Assembly: GCA_964016885.1 (NCBI GenBank)
Contig: OZ024741.1
Location: 279,372,001 to 279,436,000 of the forward strand
Length of the DNA stretch: 64,000 bases
From: Eledone cirrhosa
Lineage: Eukaryota
Reading direction: 5' to 3'
Shown here one piece after another: positions 45,392 to 58,489 of this stretch. Each line of letters starts with the position of its first letter. The stretch's first letter is position 1. The position numbers and the translations under genes were made by a program. The notes beneath the pieces were generated by a model. That model ran no database searches. It was given only the letters and a program-made list of their open reading frames with translations, and was not told the DNA's origin.

Positions 45392-47460
45392 ACTGACGCT
45401 GATAAGAAGGTAGCTTGGAAGTGTCACTACGAAAGGCTACTAAATGAGGAGAATAAATGGGAGAAAGACAGTCTCCCCACATCGATCCAATAGAGGGACC
45501 AGCAGTGTTAGTCGAAGGTAGTATAATAAGTAAGGCAATCAAAGATATGAAGACGGGTAAGGCGGCTGGGCCTTCGGAAATAGTTGCTGAGATGCTGAAG
45601 GCATCTGGTACGGTGGGACACACCATGGTCACCCGGATAGTTAACCAAGTCGTACAGAATGGGGTTGTTCCGAAGGACTGGCGTAGCAGCATCATCGTTA
45701 ACTGTTATAAGGGTAAAGGAGATGCCCTAGATAGGAGTAACTATAGAGGCATTAAATTAATCGACCAGGTCATGAAGGTCACGGAAAAAGTAATAGCGCA
45801 ACTAATCAGAGAGAGAATTGATCTAGATGAAATGCAGTTCGGGTTTGTGTCAGGCAAAAGTACCACAGACACTCTTTTCATTGTACGACAACTACAGGAG
45901 AAGTACCTAGCTAAAAGTAAACCCCTATACTTAGCTTTTGTCGACTTGGAGAAAGCCTTCGACAGAGTCCCCCGTTCCATTATCTGGTGGGCTCTTAGAA
46001 AACTAGCTGTTGATGAATGGCTTGTGAGAGCTATACAAGCCATGTATAAAGAAACAGTCAGCAAGATTAGAATTAACAACGAATATAGTGAAGAGTTTAG
46101 CGTAAAAGTTGGTGTTCATCAGGGCTCTGTTCTTAGCCCCCTACTATTTATTATTGCCCTTCAGGCTATAACAGCAGAGTTCAAGACCGGCTGCCCATGG
46201 GAACTCCTATACGCAGATGATCTAACGCTCATAGCTGAATCAATGGCCGAGCTAGAGAAGACATTCCAAACATGGAAGCACGGCCTAGTATCAAAAGGCC
46301 TTAAAATTAACCTAGCTAAGACTGAAGTTCTAGTTTGTAGGAAAGAAAATAAGGCGCCGGTCCCTTCCGGGAAATGGCCATGCTCAGTGTGTAGGAAAGG
46401 CGTAGGTAGAAACTCCATTTTATGTCCCAAATGCAAAGTATGGGTGCATAAAAGATGTAGTGGGATCACAGGTAAGCTAACTAAGAACATAGATTTTACA
46501 TGTGGCCGGTGCTCTGGTGCAATAAGTAGCAGCAAGTGCTCACAAAATACTAGCTCTTTCAATTGCGCAGAGGGTTCTATTGAAATAGTGGACAGCTTCC
46601 GTTACCTGGGTGACAAAAGCAGCAGTGGGGGAGGGTGCTCTGAAAGTACAGTAGCTAGAGTCAGAACTGGATGGAAAAAGTTCAGAGAGCTTATACCACT
46701 ATTAGCCGCTAAAGGGCATTGTGTGCAGAGGATATACACAGACTAGAGAGGAACGAAGCTTGCATGCTCCGCTGGATGTGTAATAGTAATATACGTGAAC
46801 GGCAAAGCATTAACGAACTAAGGGAAAAATTAGAAATAAGAGGGATCAGATGTTGTTTACTCAAGAGGAGGCTATGTTGGTATGGTCACGTGATGCGCAT
46901 GAAAGACAACAGCTGTATAAAAAAGTGCAGGGCAATAAAGATAGACAGTAGCCACGGAGTAGGCAGACCCAGAAAAACATGGGACGATTTGATAAATTCC
47001 GACCTCACACACTTACACCTCTCCAAGACAATGTCACTGGACCGAGACCTTTGGCGGTACTCAGTAATAGAGAAGACCCGCCTTACCTAAATACAAAGTA
47101 AAAACCTACTACAGTCAGTAGGCATCTCTAACAAAATACACCCCCCCCCCCCCCTCCACACTGTAAAGTTATGTTGGTGCCACAACATCCAGGCCGAAAC
47201 AAATGAGGTCGTGTGGGTGTCACGACAAAAAAAAAACACACAGTCCACGCTGTAATGTGGCCGTGTAGGTAACACGGTAAAAACCTCCCAGTCCCACACT
47301 GTAAATGTGGTTGGTGTTAGGAAGGGCATCCAGCTGTAGAAAACCCGCCAGACAGTCCCATGCGAGCAAGACAACCACTCTTGCCTCAAGTGGGAAAACT
47401 CCCGTCCAAACCCATGCAAGCGTGGATGATGGACGTTAAATGATGATGATGATGATGATG
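45392..47460 (+). mobile_element. RTE-A, 5'-truncated, with a frameshift and an internal deletion near 46715
   Basis: ORFs 45457..46746 and 46719..47090; (GAT)n tail. Marks the right edge of the nest. Confidence 0.95.
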
Positions 47461-47544
47461 AATGTGGCCTGACCTTTTTATGCCCCGATTTCACTCTTAT
47501 GCCTGAATATGCAAGTTTTCCTTGATCTTCGTAAACTTCAATCT

Positions 47545-47680
47545 GCTTTCTTCTTTTTCTTTTTTCTTCTTTTTCTTTTTCTTCTTTCTTTTTTCTTCTT
47601 TTTCTTTTTCTTCTTTTCCTCCTCTTCTTCTCAATTGTTTGAAGTAGTAGTAGTAGTAGTAGTAGCAGCAGCAGCAGCAG
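47545..47680. repeat. Polypyrimidine (CTT/T) tract followed by (AGT)n(AGC)n
   Basis: Directly visible. Confidence 0.9.
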
Positions 47681-50123
47681 TGATAGTCAGAAGGTCTGTT
47701 CATCAGAACATTTGTTAGTCTCTGAGAGATATTCACAAAGACAAGTTATCAATTAGTGAATTATAAAATGTGAATAAGCTGGTAGTGTAGTCTGGCCTTA
47801 GCTATGCTGGCTAAAACAAAATAAAGAACTGACTACCTGAACTGCAAGCCTAGTTTTGCCAGAAAGGGTCTGAACACAGTGATGAAGCTAAATGCTGCAC
47901 AGTAATTTATACATAGAATACTTATTATGTTGATTATAATATCAGTGAGCATCGGACAACATCCTTTATGGCACATAGTTACGTCCCTTTACGTTCTGAG
48001 TTCAAATAACACCAAAGTTAACTTTGGCTTTTATCCTTATGGGGTTTGTAAAACAAAATACCAGTTACACACTGGGGTCAATTTAATTGACTTTTCCTTC
48101 CCCCAAAAATATTGGCCTTGTGCCTAAATCAGAAACCATAATTATTTCTAACTTATAATTAGAGCATTAGACAAAAATACATTATAACATTTAGTTACGG
48201 CCCTTTACATTTTGAGTTCAAATCCTACCAAGGTCAACTTTACCTTTCATCCTTCCTAGGTCAATAAAATGCAGTACCAGTTAAGTACTGGGGTTAATAT
48301 AATTGATTTCCCTTTTCCTCAAATTGCTGGCCTTGTGCCAATGCTAGAAATAATTATTTCTAACTTATATACAAGTTTTAATGAGAGTATTTTCTAAGTA
48401 TTCTGTCAGTTATTAACTGTGGCAGATTAACCTAATAGCAAGAGTAGCAATAGGCTTTACACAAAATGCAGGGTTGTCCACTAACTTGAATACTGGAAAA
48501 AATTAGCATAAATTACAATAGGTATTTTATACGAAAATTCCCACTATTTTTATATAGTCTTGCCAACTGAGTACAATATGCTTTATTGAAGCAGTCTAAT
48601 GAGATCGAAATACATCTGAAGTTTTCCCTAGTTGGCTTTAAAAACCAGATCCTTTCAGACTTGACCAAATCCTCTCTCGGGGGGTAGGTGTGGGCTCCAT
48701 AAGCCATGCAGAAGTCAGCCTGTCGAAGCACTGAATATGACTGTATGGGGTAGATGTGGGTTCTGTAAGCTGAAATGTAGGCAACCCATCTAGGAGAGCA
48801 GTCACTCTGAATAAAAACTGAAACAGGATAAAGAGGATCCTTCTGTCTGGTAAGACAACCTCTCTAGTGCTAATGGCACAGATAATGCACCCTGTCCATG
48901 CTGTAAAGTGGTTGGTGATAGGAGGGTATCCAACCAGTAAAACCTTGCTAAAACTATGCAAAGTGTTGTCAATAATTAACATCATCATCATCATCATTTT
49001 TTAACATCTATCTTCCACGCAAGCATGGGTTAGACGGGAATTGTCCCACTTGAGGCAAGATTGATAAGGTGACCATGTCTCGCTTGTATAGGACTATCTG
49101 TCAGGTTTTCTACAGCTGGATGCCCTTCCTAACACCAACCACATTCCCAGTGTGGACTGGGAGCTTTTTACTGTGTTACCTACACGACCACATTACAGTG
49201 TGGAGTGTGTGTTTTTTTGTCGGACACCTACACGACCTCTTTAGTTTGGACTGGATGTTGTGGTACCAACATAACTTTACAGAGAAAGGGTGGTGTTGGT
49301 GGGAGTGGGAAGATGGAGTAGGGGTAGTGGGTTGGGGTGTATATTTGGTTAGGAGGGGGCCTACTAATTGTAGGTTAACATCTTATTTCATTTTCCCAGA
49401 GCCTTGAAGGTGTTGGTAAATTGCATGAGTGTATTCCTCCTTGTTGTTGTTACTGTTGTTGTGAGGTGTAGTGACAGGAAGGTTGCACTGTCAGGTGAAA
49501 TACCTTATGTACAATTGCATCCTTTTATTTGATGAATTCAGTAGTCAGTGTTTAACTTTGTTTCATCCTTGTGGGGTTTATAAAATAAATACCGGTCAAG
49601 TATGTATAGACCTGTAACTCCTGGCAGAATCATACAGCGTTTCTTGGACATTTAAAGCCCGGCAGAGCCCATCCCCTCTCCAGGTCTGTACACAGCTGAT
49701 TTCTTCCATAGGAGAGAGAGTGAAATAGTTGTATCGTAGAACTAGGGATGGTTTCAGGCAGTTTGATATCAAAAGGGTTAAGCAATATTCTTTTATTAAT
49801 TTCCTGGTCTCAGTCATTATTAAATGCAACCATACTGGAACTGCACTTTGAAGAGCTTCAGTTGATCATCTCAACCTCTGTACTTATTTTAGTCTGTTAC
49901 TTTATTGATCTCAGTTTATTGAACCACTAACTTAGAGGACACAAAGAGATATAACATAAACAACAACATTTTTATTTAGACTGGTATATATATATATATA
50001 TATATATAACAAAGGAATTGTGGTAAGGAACCAGATGGACCATAACGCATTTCGACGGCTATTTCTGGACTCAGAAATAGCCGTCGAAACGGCTTGAGCT
50101 CTGCCGTCGGGGTCATACTTTTT

Positions 50124-50160
<37 letters not shown>

Positions 50161-50241
50161 ATAATAAATGTGAAGACTAAAATCCAAAGAGGGCTCAATA
50201 AGGATTATATATATATATATAAACCCACAGAGCAAATATTT

Positions 50242-50328
50242 ATTATAAGAACAGATTAAAGTTTTAGAAGATCCCGTTAAGGGTGAAAGCAACAATTCTT
50301 TGCTTAAACTTTAATCTGTTCTTATAAT
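50242..50328 (+). ncRNA. Hammerhead-shaped relic with a 23-bp stem I and mutated core
   Basis: 23-bp perfect stem enclosing TAGAAGA t CCC-gttaa-GGG t GAAA GCAA-caattct-TTGC TT. Confidence 0.5.
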
Positions 50329-50514
50329 GAATATATATATATATATGTGTGTGTGTGATAGGCACAGTTTCCACCTACCAAATTCCACTCTCAGAATATT
50401 GGTCAACCCAAGGCTACAATAGAAGACACTTGACTAACGTGTTGTATAGTGGAATAGAACCAAGAACCACATGGTTATAAAGAAAACCTCTTATTAATTA
50501 GTATTATTATCTGT

Positions 50515-51260
50515 GGATTCAAATCCCGCCGAGGTTAACTTTGCCTTTCATCCTTACGGGGTCGATAAAATGAAGTACCAGTAATGCACTGGATAATTGC
50601 TGGCCTTGTGCCAAAAGTAGAAACAATTACTATCTGTGGATTGGTAGTATGGGTAAAGCATCGGACAACATGCTTTGGAACATATAGTCATGATCCTTTA
50701 CATTCTGAGTTCAAATCCCACTTAGGTTAGCTTTGCCTTTCATCCTTACAGGGTTGTTTAATTAAATAACTAGTAATGCAGTGGGGGTTGATTTAATCGA
50801 CTTTTTCCTCTCCCAAAATTGTTGGGTTTGTTCCTAAATCAAACCATCAGTATCAGTAGAGGGTCAGACGCCATTCTTTGCAGCACAGTATCGGCCCTTT
50901 ACGGTCTGAGTTCAAATCCTGCTGAGGTTAACTTTACCTTTCATCCTTATGGGGTCGATAAAATAAAGCACCAGTAATGCACTGGGGTAATTGCTGGCCT
51001 TGTGCCAAAAGTAGAAACAATTATTATAAGGAGGTGGATTGGCAGTATCGGTAGAGCGTTGGACAAAATGCTTTATGGCATATAGTTACAGCCCTTTAAT
51101 ATTCTAAGTTCAAATCCTTCTGATGTTAGCTTTGTCTTTCGTCCTTACGGGGTCAATAAAATAAAGTACCAGTAATGCACTGGAGTCGATTTAATCGACT
51201 TTCCCCTCTCCCAAAATTGTTGGTATTGTGCCTAAATCAGAAACCATTATTATTATTATT
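50515..51260 (+). mobile_element. Tandem cluster of four Meta/MESC-core SINE copies
   Basis: TTCAAATCC...CTTTCATCCTTA.GGGGTC.ATAAAAT core recurs at ~50518, 50710, 50911 and 51109. Confidence 0.8.
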
Positions 51261-51530
51261 ATTTTAGTTGTTTTGCATCTCTATAGACAGTTAATTAACA
51301 GAAACATTCAAGTGCTGGATTAAATACCTCAGTATTTGTGTTGGCTCTCTGAGTTTAAATCTCACTGAGGTTAACTTTTTGGGGCCAATAAATAAAGAAT
51401 CAGTCCATGGTCAGTGGATTGACAGAATTGTTAAAAAATTGAACAGAATGCTTTATGGTAACTGTTCCAACTCTGACCCTTCTGGGTTCAAATCCCACAT
51501 CTTGTCACCAGAAAAGCAGTGACACTTCTA

Positions 51531-51945
51531 CCAGGAGTTGTGTCTGGCAGATAGTATCAGCAATGGAAAGACCAATAAAAACGTAGTTTCATGGTCCAAT
51601 CTAAAGATCAGCTCCTTTCTTCTGCCAGGTGCTGTGACCAACAGATAATATCAGCAATAAAAACGTAGTTTCTTGGTTCAATCTAAAAATCTGCTGCTTT
51701 CTTCTGCCGGGAGTTGTGACCAACAGATAATATCAACAATGGAAATGTAGTTTCCTTGGTTCAATCTAAAGATCAGCTCCTTTCTTCTGCCAGGTGCTGT
51801 GACCAACAGATAATATCAACAATGGAAATGTAGTTTCCTTGGTTCAATCTAAAGATCAGCTCTTTTCTTCTGCCAGGTGTTGTGACCAACAGATAATATG
51901 AACAATGGAAATAAAGTTTCTTTGGTCCAATCTAAAGATCGGGTT
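51531..51945. repeat. ~83-bp minisatellite, ~5 copies
   Basis: Unit CCAGGTGCTGTGACCAACAGATAATATCAACAATGGAAATGTAGTTTCCTTGGTTCAATCTAAAGATCAGCTCCTTTCTTCTG. Confidence 0.9.
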
Positions 51946-52037
51946 TTTTCTTTACCCCTTTCAAGTGACCAGAAATATTACAAACTCTTCACCTTAATCA
52001 GCAAAATGATTCACTGATTGCATGCATATTATTGTTG

Positions 52038-52074
<37 letters not shown>

Positions 52075-52280
52075 GGCGGTGGATTGGCAGTATCGGTAGA
52101 GGGTCGGACGCCATGCTTTGCAGCAAAGAGTTACGGCCCTTTATGGTCTGAGTTCAAATCCCGCCGAGGTTAACTTTGTCTTTCATCCTTATGGGGTCGA
52201 TAAAATAAAGTACCAGTAATACACTGGGATAATTGCTAGCCTTGTGCCAAAAGTAGAAACAGTTATTATTATTATTATTA

Positions 52281-55200
52281 TGACGCACAAGTCTGAGGTG
52301 GAAAAGGTTTGTAACATTAACTTGTTTTAAAGTATCATTTTTTGTATTTTCTTGTCGATAACGAAGCATAAGGTACTCACCTTGGTTCCAAGGAGGAGAA
52401 ACCTCTGAATATTCGGGCTTTAAGCCCGAATATTCAGATTTACAGATTTATTTTAAAAATCGCTTCTCCATAAAAAAATATGGAAAATTTCGACCTTGAA
52501 ACAGTAAACAAGATATAGGTCAAAAGTTCAAAAACAGCTACTATAAATCTCACCACAACTACTACTACAACAGACAAGCCTGTCACCTATCCCGCTGAAT
52601 ACAGAAACACAACAGTAGCAGTACCATCTCAAAATGACATCTCCACCAACAACAAGAGCAATGGAGGCGTTACCTTTGCAGCGGCAGCAGCAAAAACAAA
52701 CCGTTTTTTCAATGTGGATATTAGCGATAAGGAACAACTGTTGGCCCAGGTGTGGAGGTTAATTAAACGAGAGAAGTCCTGGGCAAACCTGACCATCCCG
52801 GACGGGGCAATAGCGGCCATGCAAAGGAGGACGGTGTACTTTCGATACATTTCAGTGCAGACACACAAAGTGGAACTTGCCAGCCAAGCAGAGGTCGAGG
52901 CTGCTTTGAAGTGCATCGGAAGTGACATCGAGTACAAAGCAAGGGCCAAGCAGTTCAGTACCATCTCAGTACTGTTCAAAACCGAGGCCCTTGCTATTAA
53001 GCACTCGGTGACCTGCAGAACGGAACGCATTATCATGCACCCGTCCCATATGGGCAAAAGAACAGTAAAGGTCCGCATTCCCAGGATCCCATCAGGAATG
53101 AACATATGGTGGCTCCTGGGATGCGTAATCGAGGAGGGGACAGACACTACCCTCCTGGATATCAAAAGGACAGAGAGAGAACTGGTCCAGAATGGATTTG
53201 GAGATTCATCTCCAAATGAAACCAGAAGACATCAACAACATACCGGAGTTTGCCCGCCTGCAGGATGGGACAACAATCCAATTAATCACTGAGGGAAGAA
53301 GGCCGCACTGCTTCGTCTGCGGGGAAGCAACACATCTGCAAGCCTTCTGCTCTCAGCTCAAAAATGCAGGGTGTCGCAAACCTCCTTTGTTGCCAGTGTC
53401 AGCATGGAAAGCTGCACACCACCAAAAACAACCCAACAAACACACGGGTAACACCACCAACATCAAAAACAGCCTGACCACCACCAACACCGAAACCAAT
53501 CCAAGGGGAAAATGAGGATAGCTCTCCCACTCCCCCTACCCCTCCAATTATACACATAGACAAAACAATAAACGCACACACAGACACAGATACACTCACA
53601 GCCACAGACCCTTTGTTTTCCAGCCGCGAAGATGAAGGAAAACCCAAGAGTGCCAAAAAACAAAAGAGAAAACTCACCAAAAAAAAAAGCCCAACAAAAC
53701 ACAAAAACATACACAACAAAAAATACAGACACCATTAACGCAAACACTTCCCCAATAACATCAGCACCAACATCAATCAACATCAACAGCACCTCCACAA
53801 TCCCCGAAACGCAAACAACCTAAACAAACACAAGAAAAAATAAACACACAGACACCTGAAATTGTAAACACCACACCTACAACAAACACAGACATACCCG
53901 AACCAACACCACTAAAACCATCACCACTACAGTCACCAAAACGAAAACAAATAAAACCACACCAACAAAATATTAAAAACTTTGTGCTTGTCAGAAGGGC
54001 CAACGATAAACTGATGGCCCTCTTAGCACGAAGCGAGGACATTCAAACAGAGGGGGAGATCTTTGAAATGAGCACATTTTGTGTGCCAGAAGATTTGCTT
54101 CTGGTCCGAATGTCGCTCGATTCCTTCAAAGAAATTCGGGAGAGCTTTCCTCAAGACGTGGGAACCCGAATGTGAAACCTACATCGAGACTTTTAAAGGA
54201 GTTCCCAAAAGAAACCCCACCAGCCATGGAGGTCGAACCACCTGACCTTCACAAGACACCGGGAGGTAAGTAAACCTTCCCTCTCCCTTTTAGCTTGCCA
54301 ACATGGCCATATTAAGAGTAGGAAGTTTAAATGCTCACGGCCTGGGGTCACCCTGGAAGCAGGGTTGCCTGCTCAACGACCTCAGGTCTCTGGAAATGGA
54401 TGTGATTGCCGTCAGCGAGACCAGAATTTCCGACACGCGCGCACTAGCCTCCATTTTTGACGACTCAGATCTTCGCATCTGTTAGCAGGCTGAGAATGGG
54501 AGGTGGGGTGGCAGTGCTGTTTAGGAAAGGACTGGATCTCAAGGTAAGGACTGGGACCCAGACGGTAAGTTGGTGGTCTTGGATGTGAGCTGTAGCGAAA
54601 GTGGTGCCTTTAGACTGTTGGCCGTCTACTGGGGCCGGACGACTGGGCTTCTTTAGGCGCCTGGAGACCTTTCTGGGTACATATCGCTCTTTACTGTTAG
54701 CGGGGGACTGGAACGGCATCTTAGACGCATGCTGGGATTGTGTGGGAGTAGCTGATAGGAGTGGGGGGTGCAAAAGCCTCAAGCACCTAATCAACCAGTT
54801 CCAACAGGTATCGACTAGATTTCCCCAATGCGCCAGTGTGGACATGGACCAACTGCATAGGGTCATCTAGATCGTATATAGACAGGATCTTCATTAGGAA
54901 AATAGATAGAAATAGTGTAGGCTGCCCACTTTTTAAAACGGTCGCCTATTCAGATCACAAATTTGTGATCTGTATGGTCGACCTAAATAAAACGCTTAGG
55001 TTGGGACCGGGTTACTGGAAGCTGAACATGTCATTTCCGGCACGTAAGGCTTACAGAGACCGAGTTAAGCAAAAGTTGACAGGGGGGATCATCAACAACA
55101 GATGGTGAGGGGCTCTCAAAAGAGAGATTAGAGTAACTTCGATAGAGTTCAGCAAAGAACTAGCGTTAGAGAAAAATAGAAAGGAGGAGGAGCTGGTAGA

Positions 55201-56782
55201 TAAGTTAGACGAGGCTATTTGTAGTGGCATTGCAACTGATGTGCTAGCGGCGAGAATGGCATTAGACCATTTCTTCAATGCCAAGCACGAAGGTTGCATT
55301 GTCAGAGCTAAGGCGCGTGCGCTGAGAAACGAGGGAACCAAAGCTGTTCGATGGGCCCGCGTGGCGGAGGCGCAGCGTGGTAATAAAACCACAATTCGGT
55401 CTTTGGCGGACCAAGATGGACACGAGATAAGCAATTCCAAGAGAGTAGCGGATTTCAGTCCCTACCTTGACGGCTTGCCACGCATGTCGACGCTGACCGC
55501 TGCAAAAGGCCGATTACTTCAGCCGAAATTCAGGACGCCCTTGTCGGCTGCATGAGGCGCAAGTCACCCGGTTTGGATGGCCTGCCCTACGAGCTTTACG
55601 TAAATATGCCAGACTTGTTCTCCGATCTCCTTGAAGCGCTCTACTGCAACTGGCAGCAGAATGGGAGTATTCCCAGTTCCGTGAGCAGGGGAATGGTGAA
55701 GCTGATAAGGAAAGATGAGAACAAGAGGGATACATTAGACAACTTCAGGCCCATAACTCTGCTCAACACAGAGTTTAAGATTTTGGCCAAGGTGTTAGCA
55801 AAGAGATTGGTGCTTGTTGTCGAGGATTTGGTTGAGGAAGCACCATCCCAGCCAGGTCCATACACGACATTCTCCACCTCATGCGATACATCATAGAGAG
55901 GGTAGGGTGTAAACCTGGCTTCGGTGAGGCACTGATCAATTTAGATCAATCGAAAGCATTCGATAGGGTCGACCATCGGTATCTGGAGGCTGTCCTCAAA
56001 GCGGCTGGATCGCTGCAATGCACAGCGGCACATACTCTACAGACACGGACCTGCCCAAGATGCGCACAGAGCGACGAAACTGTTCTGCATGCACTTTTCC
56101 AATGTCCATGTATTACTGACTTGTGGAGTTATGTCGAACAGCTGCTGTCGCATGTAGAGCAGCTCCCGCTATCGGCCGAGTCCATAGTGAAGATCGACCC
56201 GCCGCTTTCCTTAGGTCAGGAAGAGCAGGCAAATTTCCTCTGTCTGGTGGCCGTTGCGAAAGAGTTTATATGGTGGACCAGATTGAAAAGACTGAAGACA
56301 GACACTTTTCTCTTTGGTCAATCCCTTATCAACTTCGTCAAGTTTCACCTGGAAAGGAAGGTGAGGGCGGAGAGAGAAGTGCTGCCCCCCCCCCCCCCCT
56401 CCCCAGTACATTTGCTAAAAGGTGGATGAATGTAGCGAGAATGGCGCGTGTGAATGGGGCTACTCTGGTCATGCGCCTATAGGCTAGCTAACTTGAAGAG
56501 AGGGGTGCTCTCCCTGGGTGCCCTAGAAGCGCAGGGTGGTTCAGGATTGGTGGGGTACCTGAGTCACCCCTGGGTCATCCACTCCCGATAGGGTAATTTA
56601 TTTATTTTGTTATATTTATACATAGTTTATTTTATATTTGTATATCTTCATTGTTAAATTAGACTTGCCATTATGCACTTTTACTCGACCTTATTATAAA
56701 CCCCCACTGTCCCTGTCTTTGTATTGTCCCCTACATGTCGGCCCTTGTGGCCAATAAATGAAATTATTATTATTATTATTAT
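52281..56782 (+). mobile_element. Decayed L1/Tx1-type LINE
   Basis: ORF1 remnants with zinc knuckle CFVCGEATHLQAFC. ORF2 from 54303: SLNAHGL, VSETR, AGDWN, YIDRIF, SDHKFV, PGYWKLN, KSPGLDG, NFRPITLLNTEFKILAK, LDQSKAFDRV, then a deletion to CPRC..ETVLHALFQC. AATAAA + (ATT)n tail. Confidence 0.9.
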
Positions 56783-56852
56783 TTTGTTTTTTTTTGTTTT
56801 GTTTTACTTTATTTTATTTGAATTCATTTTATTTTATTTTCTCTCTCATCAG

Positions 56853-57237
56853 GATTTAAAATATTGTAACCTGCATGGCTGTTGTATAGAGGCCTACCTT
56901 GGCGACATCACTAAAGTGAATTGTGATGCTATTGTATGTGCAAGTAATCCTAAAGTTTCATCACAGTATGGGCTTTTGGGTGAAATACAAGAAGCAGGCG
57001 GTTCAAGACTAACATTAGAAATCAACAAAAAACGGAAAAAGCTTTCTGGTGGAATTGTGAAACCAGGGCAGGTGCTGGTGACAGGTGGTGGTGAAATGAG
57101 TTGCAAGCATATCATGTACATTGATGGCTCTGCAATTAGAAATGGAGACAGCTCTATTGCAGACGAAATGTTAACATGTTTGGGAAAAGCTAGGGACATG
57201 AATTTACAATCCATTGCCTTTCCTGCTCTCGGTTCTG
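56853..57237 (+). CDS. Macrodomain protein exon (PARP9/14/15- or MacroD-like fold)
   Basis: Pyrimidine tract + CAG acceptor; GDITKVNCDAIVCASN, GQVLVTGGGEMSCKHIMY, SIAFPALGSG; GTTAGT donor at 57238 (phase 1). Confidence 0.88.
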
Positions 57238-58329
57238 GTTAGTATATACGTATATTAGTATAATATTTGTGGACATTCTATTGTCCATTTCTTCAGTCAC
57301 ATTGTTTGGATAAGTACAGACAAATTATTCTTCCCAAACTATGTATCACCTTCCAGCCAAGCCCTGCTAAATACGTCTACCTCCCCACTCTGTGTTCTCC
57401 CCTTAACATTATGTTAAACACTCTCTTCTAATTTAGAACTATGATTCCCTGAAACACCCTCCCTTCCCATATTATCATCACTTCTTCAGCATCACCATCA
57501 GCAATCTTGAGTGGGTTGTCGCCTTTCTTTCCTCTTCGAATTAAAAAATAATCTTTCTATTTTTTCTATGGTTACCTTCCTACGTGGTCTGCCACATTTT
57601 CCCTACATTTTATTGTAGGAGTTTTCTACACTGTATAGGTGTGGACATTATTTGTCTTCTTTTTCTGTCCAATGGGTTAAAAATATCTGATTTGTTGTCA
57701 TGTCTGTCCAGTATCCATTGTGTTTTTGCCCCAAATAGCTCTATTTGTGCCCTGGAGAGAGTAACAGTGTTTTTTAAAACACCCGGCACTACGAAGACAC
57801 CCAGTAACAGCTGATGAGTGAGAATTTTCCATGTGTCCATCTTCTTCAAGTTTCCTTTGTCCCTTATTTGTCCTACATCTTAATTTTGAACTTCAAAAAT
57901 AATCTGTTTGATAGTTTATTCAGGATATGATCAGCACCAGGCAATAAGTGCTGTATCTAAATCTGTGAATCTTATTTGGGGAGACACTTTAAATCTCAAT
58001 CTTGAATGTACAGGGAATTTACTAGGTTAACAGCAGCATTGCTAGAGCCACTTGTGTGTTGCCAAGAGCATAGTGATATGTTGACATTTCTGATAGATAC
58101 CAGTTACCTCTACCTCAACATATCAGTTACCTCTACCTCAGACATATCTCAGTACACACACCATAGTTACCTCCAACTCAGACATACCTCAGTACACACC
58201 CCTGTTAATTCCAACTCAGTTGTACCTCAACACAAACCACTGCTAATTCCTAATTATTCTAACTTTCAAAGAAGATTGAGATAAATTAGGGCATTTCTTT
58301 CTTTTTCATCTTTTACTTTATGTTAAAAG

Positions 58330-58489
58330 CCTTAAATGGAGAAGGTATTCTCTGGATGACTCATGTGTGCCGGGTCTCCTAGATTTCTAGAAAGGCACCT
58401 AAGCTATGGCAATTGGGAGTGATAATCCCAATTTTCAAAAGGGGAGTCAAGAAATTGAGGACAGTTGCTTCTGACAAGATCCCCTGGAA
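58330..58489 (+). repeat. 160-bp direct repeat, copy 1 (old RTE RT fragment)
   Basis: No differences seen from 60171-60330. Translates LNGEGILWMTHVC...PKLWQLGVIIPIFKRG with a stop. Confidence 0.85.

Noticed and set aside
47497-47736. Lys/Glu-rich and Phe-rich ORFs
   Set aside because: Translations of simple repeats.
51531-51945. Possible CRISPR array
   Set aside because: Units repeat along their full length, there are no spacers, and the context is eukaryotic.
56724-56852. N-terminal hydrophobic segment of ORF 56724..57242
   Set aside because: This is the LINE (ATT)n tail and the intron pyrimidine tract; coding similarity starts after the AG at 56852.
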